A stretch of 64,000 nucleotides of DNA from Octopus sinensis (GCF_006345805.1 NC_043000.1:126418001-126482000), one strand, 5' to 3'. Counted from the stretch's first letter, positions 14,050-25,533 are shown. Numbers and translations: made by a program. The notes: generated from the sequence alone by a model not told the origin.

Positions 14050-14051
<2 letters not shown>
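13229..14051 (+). mobile_element. R4/Dong-like RLE non-LTR retrotransposon, 5'-truncated, inserted in (TAA)n
   Basis: Open frame 13229-13861 with a CCHC knuckle (CHVC...ETIDHVVSTC) and restriction-like endonuclease (NRPDII...LIDMTVP...KY); (TAA)n directly on both sides. Confidence 0.88.
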
Positions 14052-14103
<52 letters not shown>

Positions 14104-14593
14104 TAATAATAATAATAATAATAATAATGAATTCTCCTGTTGGAAATGACGTATGAGCATTCAGCTTTTTCCAAACAACCTGCACAAAGAATTTGTTTGT
14201 AGTGATCAAATGTATGTGTCATACATTAACTCACTTCTGCCATCAAATCCATGTTGACTAAACGGGTGTATCACATGTCAGGATGTTGGGCCTCACAGAA
14301 GAAATGACACTGGACTGAGATGTTTGGTCCGGGCAAGGTTGTTTATGGAAGACCAGCAGTTGCCCATGCATACCAGCCTCCCCTCTCCATGCCACCAGTG
14401 TTATCCAAAGGAAAGGCAAAGGCCGATACAGCTTGGCACCCATGACGTCGCAACTTATTTCTACAGCTGAGTGAACTGGAGCAACATGAAATAAAGTATC
14501 TTGCTCAAGAACACAACACGCAGCTCGGTCCGGGATTCGAACTCACAACCTCCCGATCGTAATTTTGACGATCTAACCACTGAGCCATGTGCC

Positions 14594-14629
<36 letters not shown>

Positions 14630-15154
14630 TACATACACATATACATGCATATACATAATATATATATATGTAGATAGATGGGGAAAGGGAGAGAGAAAGA
14701 CAGACAGGCCACAGACAGACTGACACAGATAGATAGACAGACACACTGAAAGCAATAAAGACAGATATACAAGTAAATCTTGTAACCAAAGCACAATTTT
14801 GTTCTAGTTTTTATCTTTGCCATCAAGATTTTTTTCCATATTTTCATATAAATTCTCTGCAACTAGTTTGGATCGGTAATGTTTCTAAAGTCATTATCAG
14901 TGTTTCTAGGCCTGAATTACTTGGATGCAACACTTCTGAGTGAATCCACATTCCCAGATTAACCATAGATTGTCAGCATCATTTTCTAACAATTTTTCTC
15001 TTCATGTTATTATAGTTATTTGGGAGAATCAATAAAATCAAGCAAGCTGGGTGCAGTTGTTTGTATAAGTATGCATGTATACGTATATATCTGCATGTTT
15101 ATGTGCATTTACAAATACACACACATATATATATACATATGCATATACATACAT

Positions 15155-15220
<66 letters not shown>

Positions 15221-15303
15221 ATAAACACACACATACATACATAGACATATACACATATACATGAATACAAACATAACTATGTATATTTACGCATATTCAT
15301 ACT

Positions 15304-15345
<42 letters not shown>

Positions 15346-15847
15346 CACATACACACATTCTTACAGACATACAGACATATACACATAAGTTAGTACATGC
15401 AAGAGGTTGAACCCAGCTTTTATTGATTCCCTAAATAAAATATAAATACAGAAATTCATTATATTTTGGATACATCGTAATAAAATGATGCTGAGAATCT
15501 GTAGTTAATCCAGGAATATTGTGTGCGTGTATACATATGTGTGTGTGTATGTATGCATGTATGTATAAGTTCATATATATATATCTATATTATATAAAAC
15601 TGAGAATGTGTGTCTGTCTATCTGTGTCTGTGTTGTTTGTCCCCACCAACATCGCTTGACAACTTATGCTGGTGTGTTTACATCCCCATAACTTAGCAGT
15701 TCAGCAAAAGAGACCGATAGAATAAGTACTAGGCTTACAAAGATTAAGTCCTGTGGTCGATTTGCTCGACTAAAGGCAGTGCTCCAGCATGGCTACAGTC
15801 AAATGACTGAAACAAAAGAGTAAGAGTAAAAGAGTATATATATATAA

Positions 15848-16049
15848 GAAGTTAATTATATGGCTGGTCATAGAATGACCTATGGTTTCATGTCCATAAA
15901 GTGCTTAGCCTTATAGATGGCTCATCAGATTCCAATAGCCACAGGTATATAACCTGCAGGTTATATGCCCGTGGCCATTGGAGTCTAACAAGCCATTTAT
16001 GGACATGAAACCATAGGTCATTCTATGACCAGCCATATAATTAGCTTCC
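15848..16049. repeat. Fold-back palindrome of two head-to-head hammerhead-ribozyme-like units
   Basis: Arms are reverse complements around ATAACC-TGCA-GGTTAT. The left arm (minus) has CUGAUGA, GAAAC-CAUAG-GUC and a 6-bp stem I; the right arm has the decayed core CUAACAA. Confidence 0.7.
15871..15934 (-). ncRNA. Type I hammerhead ribozyme-like motif (stem II irregular)
   Basis: UGGAAU-CUGAUGA-[32 nt]-GAAAC-CAUAG-GUC^AUUCUA. Stems I and III pair; stem II carries a 17-nt insertion relative to the other arm. Confidence 0.5.
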
Positions 16050-16800
16050 TGTTAATACATTTAGAGTGTGCTTCTTTTTTCAAAAAATATAATCTACTGA
16101 CGATATGTATATATATATATAAGTAACCACATGTGAATCGTTGGTGATTTTTTTTTCCTCCATCTTCCTTTTCTATTTGACTTTCCCCTGTCTCCTGTTT
16201 CTGAAGAAGAGCCTTGTTTGAAATGTAAAACCACCTTTCTTTCCTTACCCGAGCGTCTGCTAATATTTTACATGTACCACATCCTTGCATTGTTGTTTTT
16301 TTGTGTGTGTTCGTTCTTCGTTTTTTTTTTATTTACTATATATATATGTGTGTGTGTGTGTGTGCGTGTGTGTATTTTTAATCAAAGGGTAAAAAAATTT
16401 ATAGTCGATTGATATGTTTTAGTAATTCATTTTGATTACCTATTTTTAGTTGATTTGTATATACTTTTTCTTGACAGGTACTTCTATATATTTTGTACTT
16501 TTATATGTGCATATATATTTTTTACCTTCTGTGCTTATATATGTATTTCTTTTATATGTTGAAGGCAATGGTATTATTTGTATATGATGAAATGTATAGA
16601 AGTGTGGGGTTATATAAAGTCGCTGGCCCGGATTTGATGGTTGTTCTCTAATCAATGATTTTTTTGTCTCTGTCTCAATTTCAATTGAACACTTCTTTTT
16701 TGCAGTCCTATATATCTTTTTTTGTTTCCATAAAAAGAAACGAAAATTATTTCTTGTCATATATGTATATGCATATATGTATATATATATATATATATAT

Positions 16801-17008
16801 ATGAATTTTTTGCGTAATGAGATAAAAAAACCAAGGCTATATAGATATTAGAGCATTTATAGATAGGTCTTACAACTGTTTCTAGGATATTAATTAATAA
16901 TATCTCTTCATCAGATATCCTAGAAACAGCTGTAAGACCTTCTATCTATAAATGCTCTTATATCTATACAGCCTTGGTTTTTTTATCTCATTACACAAAA
17001 AAATTCAT
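16801..17008. repeat. Fold-back palindrome (~90-bp arms) containing a hammerhead-like core
   Basis: Arms 16801-16890 and 16915-17008 are reverse complements; minus strand reads CUGAUGA-agaGAUAUUA.uuaau.UAAUAUC.cua-GAAAC-AGUU-GUA-AGACC. Confidence 0.75.
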
Positions 17009-17135
17009 TTATACACACGCCGACATAGAACCTTTTATTCGCAACACTACCGAATCTGGAACTTAACTATGGTCTGTCTATACCACTTATTCAGCATTAC
17101 CTGACACCTTTGGGTCTCAATGACACCATTATCTC

Positions 17136-17176
<41 letters not shown>

Positions 17177-17177
17177 A

Positions 17178-17303
17178 ATATTCTATAATTATAAACAGTT
17201 ATAATCAGGGGTCAATTAATTGCTTCGCCATGCACTGAATTTAGAAATAGGAGTTAAAATGTTTTTTCCAACTACTATAAAGATCTCCCAGATAGTAACA
17301 CAC

Positions 17304-17339
<36 letters not shown>

Positions 17340-17471
17340 CTTGTGTGCATGTGTGTTGCTGTCTGGGAGAACTTTATAGTAGTTGGAAAAGGCATTTTAA
17401 CTCCTATTTCTAAACTCGGTATGTAGTGAAGCAATTAGCTGATTATAATTATGTTTATAATTATAGAATAT
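17178..17471. repeat. Fold-back palindrome (~125-bp arms) with a (TG)n loop
   Basis: 17178-17303 is the reverse complement of 17351-17471 with scattered mismatches. Confidence 0.8.
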
Positions 17472-17603
17472 TTGTTATAATTTTACCTAAAAAGGTTATT
17501 TTGTACACAGTGAACTACTTGGTGAAATTATTAATTGTTAATTAATTAATTGATTAATTAATTAATTGATTAATTAATTAATTTTACCCTTTTATTATTA
17601 TTG

Positions 17604-17655
<52 letters not shown>

Positions 17656-18177
17656 AAGAGGAAAAAGCAAAACCAAGGCAGAATGAGTATCTCAAGTCAT
17701 TTAGAATAATTTAATTGGGTTAAGGTGAATTACAGCTGTTTCTGGGATAACTCAAGTGATAGGTTAACATGTCCACACACTGGGTATTTCATTATGTGAG
17801 ACAAGGTATGAATATTTTAGACAGGGAAAAATTTACGATTTACAGGGAATGAAACATATTCAGAGTTTATGACAAATAAAATAGAATAATAAAGAAGTAA
17901 ATAGAAGAATAGAGTAAAGATAGAATATTGGTGGGCGAATAATGTTCACAACTCATCTTTTTGCAGAAGATATGGATGTTGATCGGTACCTTTATGAAGG
18001 TATAGGTCCTTAGTTAAAATCTCAGGTAAATCCAGGCAGTATTTTGGCATATATATATATCTGACCGTGGCCATTGCCAGCTTCATCTGGTCTCCGTGCC
18101 GGTGGCACGTAAAAAGCACCATCCGGACCCTAGTTGAACCGTCCAACCCATGCTAGCATGGAAAGCGGACGTTAAAC

Positions 18178-18213
<36 letters not shown>

Positions 18214-19785
18214 AATGATGATACTCAGGGCAAGAAGCAAGGTGTGGTCAACCAATATGTTGCATCCTTCAGAATTGTGAACATAAAACGTCAATGATGA
18301 TGATGATGATAAAGATGTACAAATGAGGAGAGGGTAAATATAGCAGTGACAGTAAATTGTTGGTGAACTGGGGGATGTAAGCCAAGCATTGTTCCAGTTA
18401 TATACATAATTATTCTACTAATGCTCTGCTCTAGGGTGAGGCATGAACATCACGTCACATTCTGCTATCCTATGAACTTAATAGAATTAACGAGACTGAT
18501 TGATGAATTCCTCTAATCATGGAAGGTCAACTAACAGATTCTATTTCCTGCACCATGTGGTGCATAATTATTTATTTAACATGGGTGCCTGTGTGCACAT
18601 TAGCGTGTTTGTGCGTGAGTGGATGTTTGTGTGTGTGTGTGCGTGCGCATGCTTGCACATGTGTGCACACATGGGTTCTGTTTGCGTGTATATGAATCAG
18701 TAAATTTATGTGGATACTGAAATAGGGAGTCTGTAAATATATTTAAGCATTGTTCCAGAAATCAAATGCCATATGTTTAAAGGACAATATATAATGTATA
18801 ATATAGATTGGGTAGAAAACGTTAATTCTTTGTAGCCATTGTTTGTTTAACCTTTGATCAAAATGTTTTTTTTCTAAGACCATTCTCTTTGTTAGGACTA
18901 CATCATCATCATCATCATCACCATCATTGCCCTCCTCCTCCTCCTGATCATCATCATCATCATCATCATCATCATTTAGTAATCACTTTTCTATGCATGC
19001 AGTGGTCAGATGTGATTTGTTGAGGCAGATTTTCTATGGCTGGACGCCCTTCCTGTCACCAACCCTCATTTGTCTCCAAGCAAGGTAATAGTTTTCCCAA
19101 TGGCCAGGCATATTTCTCATTGAAGACTAGAAATCAATAACATCTCTTGTATGACGGTATTCTCAGTTACAATCATCATACAATGTCATGACAAGGTTAT
19201 ACACAAATACACACACACATACACACACACACACACAGACATGCACACACATACACACACATGCACATGCATGCATACGGACACATACCAACACAAACAC
19301 ACAAACACACATAAACACACACACACACACACACACACACATAAACATTCATATATATGTATGAGAAGGTGCCTGGCCTGGTGGTTAGGGTTTTGCACTC
19401 ACAATGGCTAGACCATGGGTTCGATTCCCAGACCAGGCAGCACATTCTGTTCTTGAGCAAAACACTTCTAGCCAGCAGAATGTTATCATTTGAAAGCTAA
19501 AACAATGCAAAGTGCATTGTGACTAGTGATATGTAGCAACATCTGATAGTCTGCTCAATACCATAATACCATCATAGATATCTATATATCAAGATACAAC
19601 AGGCTTCTTTAAGTTTCCATCAACCAAATCTACTTACATTGCTTTAGCCATTCCAGGGCTTTAGTAAAAGACACTTGCCCAAGGTACCATGCAGTGGGAC
19701 TGAACCTGGAACTACATGGTCTATGTCTTTTGTCTATGTAATGTGTTTTGTTTTAAAGTTAGTAGGAAGAAATTTGAGGAAACCT

Positions 19786-20018
19786 TTATTTCTTTATTGC
19801 CCACAAGGGGCTAAACATAGAGGGGACAAACAAGGACAGACAAAGGGACTAAGTCAATTACATTGACCCCATTGTGTAACTGGTACTTAATTTATCGATC
19901 TTGAAGGGATGGAAGGCAAAGTCAACCTCAGCAGAATTTGAACTCAGAACATAGTGGCTGACGAAATACTACTGAGCATTTTGCTTGGTGTGCTAACATT
20001 TCTGCCAGCTCGCCGCCT
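19786..20018 (-). mobile_element. tRNA-derived SINE, family B
   Basis: Full-length reverse copy, homologous to 7160-7388. Confidence 0.8.
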
Positions 20019-20192
20019 TTATTTAGGGAAACCTTGGCTGCTATTTCTAACAAGTCACCTGATTGAGCAGAGTTTCACTTGCTGACATGAAAATATTGTA
20101 ACTTAGATAAGCAATGAAGAAGTATATTAGAAGCATGTTCTGAATATTTATGCTGGTGATTTAATCTTCTTTTTTTTTCTTGTGTTTTAAAG

Positions 20193-20304
20193 GAAAATCT
20201 CCAAAACATACTTTTGGCCAGAAATATCTCAATACCTTTGGTCATAAACAAGCAGTTATAGCACTTGACACATGCAGTAAAAGGAAAATATTTTGTTCAG
20301 GCAG
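20193..20304 (+). CDS. WD40 gene exon (KSPKHTFGQKYLNTFGHKQAVIALDTCSKRKIFCSG), phase 1-2
   Basis: Acceptor ttttttcttgtgttttaaag, donor CAG|gtaaag, 112 nt, GH start of a WD repeat. Confidence 0.9.
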
Positions 20305-20380
20305 GTAAAGTACATAATGTATCTTTTTGATAATAATAAAAATAATAATAATAAAGATAATAATGATAATAATAATAATA

Positions 20381-20411
<31 letters not shown>

Positions 20412-20444
20412 CATTTAGCGTTCGTTTTCCATGCTAGCATGGGT

Positions 20445-20506
<62 letters not shown>

Positions 20507-20670
20507 TGGATGCTAAAACATGAAAGACCGAAAAAACTTCACTCTATTCTGAAAGAGAGCAAAAAATTTGCTACTGATAACTTAGATACCTACAAACTTT
20601 CATTGCTAATCATAAATAACATCTGTAGTAAAACATCCAACTTGCTGTTACCTGAGATCTTCGGGTGAGG
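20507..20670 (+). mobile_element. Deleted relic of the same Dong-like family
   Basis: Follows a long (TAA)n. WMLKHERPKKLHSILKESKKF-like segment fused to the 3' UTR motif ccaacttgctgttacctgagatcttcgggtgag, which resembles 13977-14010. Confidence 0.5.
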
Positions 20671-21006
20671 GGCATAGTCAAATATATAAACCCTAGTACT
20701 TGATTGGTACCTTTATGTTATCACAACCAGAAGATAAAAAGCAAATTTGACCACAGCAGAATTTGAACTCAGAATATAACAAGCAGTAAATATATACTGC
20801 AAGGACTCTGATTCTGCCATTTTGAAAGTAGTTTTTATTTGCTAGGCCAATACTAAATAAAGTTCTTTATACCTGTCAAGATGACGTTATATAAAAACAG
20901 TTTATTTCAATGTCAGATGAGAGCAGTTGTATTGTGAGTGTGAAAGAACCCTTCCATATTTTCCATATTTAATCTGTCTTGAATTTCAAAGCTTAAAATT
21001 TACATT

Positions 21007-22831
21007 AAACTTTATCCTCAAGTAATAAGCCATTCATCCATAGATCATCTCTCTCTGATAAACCATGGGCACAGATCCTTCATCCAAGCCAAATTATTAA
21101 AATAAAACAACCCCAAAACACTGTCTTGTTCAGTTGAATAGCTAGATGCTTCAGATACTGCAAAGAGCAAGGTCAAACATGTCACATTGTTGAACCCTAC
21201 TAGCTGGTCCTTTAGTATATTTAGTGGAATTCACCTTGTTACAAGTCCATTGGTTCTCTCCAAAATACATTTTTCTTACAGACATTTACCTGAACTATAT
21301 TAATCTCATTAATCTGGAGGGTATAGAAAAGGTCATAGCAACTCTGATCCTCTTCACCTAATAAAAATTTACTTCATACCTATAAATATCTCAAATTTTA
21401 CATATCAAAAATTACATATAGGCGTAGGAGTGGCTGTGTGGCAAGTAGTTTGCTTATGTACCAAATGGTTCCGGGTTCAGTCCCACTGCATGGCACCTTG
21501 GACAAGTGTCTTCTACTGTAGCCTCGGGCCGACCAAAGCCTTGTGAGTGGATTTGGCAGACAGAAACTGAAAGAAGCCCGTCGTATATATATATGTATAT
21601 ATATATGTGTGTGTGTGTATACGTTTGTATGTTGTATTTGTCCCCCCAACATTGCTTGACAACCGATGCTGATGTGTTTACTTCCCTGTAACTTAGCAGT
21701 TCAGCAAAAGAGACCGATAGAATATGTACTAGGCTTACAAAGAATAAGTCATGGGGTCAATTCATTCGACTAAAGGTGGTGCTCCAGCATGGCTACAGTC
21801 AAATGACTAAAACAAGTAAAAGAGTAAAGAGTATAAATTCATACTCATTAATATAGTAACTCAGTAACTAAAATGCTATATATAGCGATAAGTTTCATGC
21901 AAGCAGATAATGTGACCCAGTTACAATTACCAGTTCAAGACAATTCATTTTGTATTATGCTTTGTCAAATCTGTACTTTCAGAAATAATTCATAGCTTCA
22001 TGAGAAAGAAAGACGATTTATAGTTGGTTCACTTGTTACTTGAAGATAAAGTTTCTTAAGGGTTTTTAATCTGTTTACATGTAACTAAGCTTCATATGAT
22101 AGATATCTGTGAAGGCTTATAATCAGTTTGTTGTGTCACTAAACCCAATATGGGATTAGTTGAATGGTACTAATCCTAATATGGAATTGAACAATACTGT
22201 TATTAGTTCATAACACGTCTAAACTTATTCTTGGCTTCTTAAACCTTTTGATACCAGCCTGATTGAAGCTATCTCTGTTGCTTTCATTCAACCTCTTCCT
22301 GTATTAAAGTGTTCAATAATTAAATCATGGTTTTATCTAAAAACCTTTCAGTTAAATTATGCTCCAAACAACATTTTAATCTTTTAATTAATTAATAAAA
22401 TTAATTATTTTACTAGAGCCCATTAAATTCTTGATCATTTTCAAAATTAATTGAAATATAGACAATGTATTTCACAAGAAAATATCCTCATGAAAGTGAT
22501 ACAAAGGGAAATTTCATACTTTTGTGTTTTGAATTCTGAGGAAGATTTAGTAAAATTTCTCTGAAAATTAAGGGTAACTTAGAATGGAAAATTTGAGATG
22601 TTTATAGATATGAAGTAAATTTTTATTAGGAGAAGAGGATCAGAGTTGCTATGACCTTTTCTATACCCTCCAGATTAGCATCTAGCTATTCAACTGAACA
22701 AGACAGTGTTTTGGGGTTGTTGTTTTTTAATAATTTAGCTTGGATGAAGGATCTTTTAAGTGTATGTGCCCATGGTTTATCAGAGAGAGATGATCTATGG
22801 ATGAATGGCTTATTACTTGAAGATAAAGTTT
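21007..22831. repeat. Long inverted repeat (arms 21007-21399 and 22588-22831)
   Basis: The right arm's reverse complement matches 21007-21150 + 21311-21399 nearly base for base; the left arm has an extra ~160 nt. Confidence 0.8.
21421..21832 (+). mobile_element. tRNA-derived SINE, family A
   Basis: Full-length copy. Confidence 0.85.
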
Positions 22832-23760
22832 TCTATGGAGTTCCAGTCACAATACTTCATCTAACAATCAGTTTGTAATGTAGCTGTCCCAAAATGAGAT
22901 ATATATTATTTGTAATTCACAGAAAGTGTACACTTATTCAACCTGCCTGAGACCACCTTTAGTTCTTTCATAAAACCTCTTCCTTTTAAATGTTGAATTA
23001 TTAAATTCAGTACTATTTCACACTCCTAAACCCTATTCAATCTCTACAGTCGTCACCTATTCTTGCCTTTCTCCCCTACTGAACCCTTGGTCTTCTGAAT
23101 ATCCATCCTCTCACCCATTTTCTATCTCTAATCACCTCTCACTCTCTCATACACTCATGCAAATTCTATCCACCCATACTTCTTGTTCTCTCTCCACTCA
23201 CTTCCTTTCATCTTGTACTTTGTAAGTCCACCCTGACACCTCACCCCCACTATTTTGATTTCTTTCTAGCTCTACCCTGGTTACTCTGACCCTCCCATTT
23301 ATAACATGAGGAGCTATGTAACTCATCTACAGCAAGAGACTGTTGATTTCTAGTCCCTTCTCTCATACATTAAACCCTCATCTTCTCACATAAATCCACC
23401 TCTCTCACTACAGTAGTTCCACTCATTTGAAGGAGATCTAAGTTTTGCAAGTTGCATGGCAACCTTACTAGTGTTGATTCCACGAAAAGCACCCAGTACT
23501 CACTATCAAGTGATTGGCATTAGTAAAGCATCCAGCTGCAGAAACCATGCCAAAACAGATATATATTTAAGTTGCTTATGGATGACACAGAAATTTAGGG
23601 AACAATGTGGAGTGGTATCATATGCATTGATGTAATCTTTCTTGAATATGATGGAAAGTAAGTCATTGATGTATAAGAGGAGGAATATAGGGACAATAAT
23701 TACATTGTATTTGTTGCCTTATTTTATTTCTTAATTTTACCCAACCTTTTTCTACTTCAG

Positions 23761-23915
23761 CTGTGATGGGAACATAAAGATCTGGGACATGTCTGGAACA
23801 ATACTCCAAGAAATAATACTGAATATATCTCTAGGATCTGTATGTTTTTTAAATAATAAAGCTGATCTGTTGATTGCCTTTAACAGTCATATTTTCTATG
23901 TTCCTCATTCGAAAG
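23761..23915 (+). CDS. WD40 gene exon (CDGNIKIWDMSGTILQEIILNISLGSVCFLNNKADLLIAFNSHIFYVPHSK), phase 2-1
   Basis: Acceptor ttttctacttcag, donor AAG|gtgagt, 155 nt; completes SCDGNIKIWD. Confidence 0.92.
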
Positions 23916-24500
23916 GTGAGTGAAATACATATAGTTTTGTATTTACTATTCTACTCACAATACTTATAAAATTATTTGCATGTAGCGTGTAGTGCAAGTG
24001 ATGTTTAATTATTTTGTTTTAGCCATTGCTTCATATGTGTGTATGTGTCTACAAATGGTGTATGTGTGTGTGTGAGTATGTGTGTGTTTGTGTGGTGTGT
24101 GTGTGTGCAATGTGTGTATGTATGTGTAGTTTATATGTGGTACTTGCATAGCTTATATGTGTATATGTGTGTATGTAAGGTGTGTGTGTGTGTGTGTGCA
24201 ATGTGTGTGTGTGTGTGCGATGTGTGTGTGTAATGTGTGTGTGTGTGTGCAATGTGTGTGTGTGTGCAATGTGTGTGTGTGTGCAATGTGTGTGTGTGCA
24301 ATGTGTGTGTGTGTGTGTGTATAATTGAGAGAAGGTATAGCCAATTGATTAAGAAGTTTGCTTTGCAATCATGAAATCGTGAGTTCAATTCTCTTGTATG
24401 GCATCTTGGGGAAGTGCTAACACAAGCTTTGTCAGTGAAATTAAACAGATGGAAACTGTGTGGAATCTTGTTAGAAAGATTGTACTGTAATTCAATGGAC

Positions 24501-25013
24501 TGACCTTGTCACATGGTCTGGCCTTGTCACATGGCCTGGCCTTGTCACATGATCTGGCCTTGTCACATGGTCTGGTCTTGTCACATGGTCTGGCCTTGTC
24601 ACATGGTCTGGTCTTGTCACATGGTCTGGCCTTGTCACAGGGTCTGGCCTTGTCACATGGTCTAGCCTTGTCACATGGTCTGGCCTTACCACATGATCTG
24701 GCCTTGTCACATGGTCTGGTCTTGTCACATGGTCTGGCCTTGTCACATGGTCTGGTCTTGTCACATGGTCTGGCCTTGTCACAGGGTCTGGCCTTGTCAC
24801 AGGGTCTGGCTTTGTCATATGGTCTAGCCTTGTCACATGGTCTGGCCTTGTCACATGGTCTGGTCTTGTCACATGGTCTGGCCTTGTCACAGGGTCTGGC
24901 CTTGTCACAGGGTCTGGCTTTGTCACATGGTCTAGCCTTGTCACATGGTCTGGTCTTGTCACGGGGTCTGGCCTTGTCACATGGTCTGGCCTTATCACAT
25001 GGTCTGGCCTTGT
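24501..25013. repeat. 18-bp minisatellite, ~28.5 copies (TGGCCTTGTCACATGGTC)
   Basis: Units counted directly; this explains the three long ORFs in the track. Confidence 0.95.
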
Positions 25014-25533
25014 ACATACAGATTCAGCAGCTTGAAAATTATTAATATATAATGGACACACATCTGTGGAATACTAGGCCATCTACATATTACATCTACA
25101 TAAATAGGTAGTTCAGTTGATAAAAATCAAACACACCCCATTGAAACTGATAAACTGATGGAAGATCTATGGACATGATATATACATATATATACACACA
25201 GATATTCATATATTCATATTTATGTATATATATGAGGATAAGAGAATGCTCATGGATTTTTCACAAATGTACGAGACTAAGAATTTGTAAAGGAGAGATA
25301 TAACTGATTCATTTCACTCAAGAGTATTACTGATACTTATTTAACAGATTCAAGAGAAATAAAATGTATAGACAGTACCAGCTGGATTTGAACCTAAATA
25401 TTGTTAGACACTTAATACAGTAGTTTACTCTTAACAACACTCCAAAACTCTAAAAAAAAAAGACAATGGTGATGACAATGATGTTGATGACGATGACAAC
25501 GGCAACCACCACCACCATCATCATCGTTATCAA

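Noticed and set aside
17946-18146. Minus ORF ending in KDEL (ER retention signal)
   Set aside because: Chimeric: the first half is a SINE-C fragment, then (TA)n, then a repeat remnant. No signal peptide or exon structure.
22651-22878. ORF with faint RT-motif-like words (QDSVLGLLFF, YGVPVTIL)
   Set aside because: Similarity is too weak and the segment is an arm of the inverted repeat; cannot be called an RT fragment.
24385-25045. ORFs (ARPCDK)n on - and (ALSHGL)n on + as standalone genes, or the array as a CRISPR
   Set aside because: The 18-bp unit lacks stops in these frames by chance. There are no spacers and the context is eukaryotic. Only the spliced TRPDHV hypothesis is kept, as a speculative finding.
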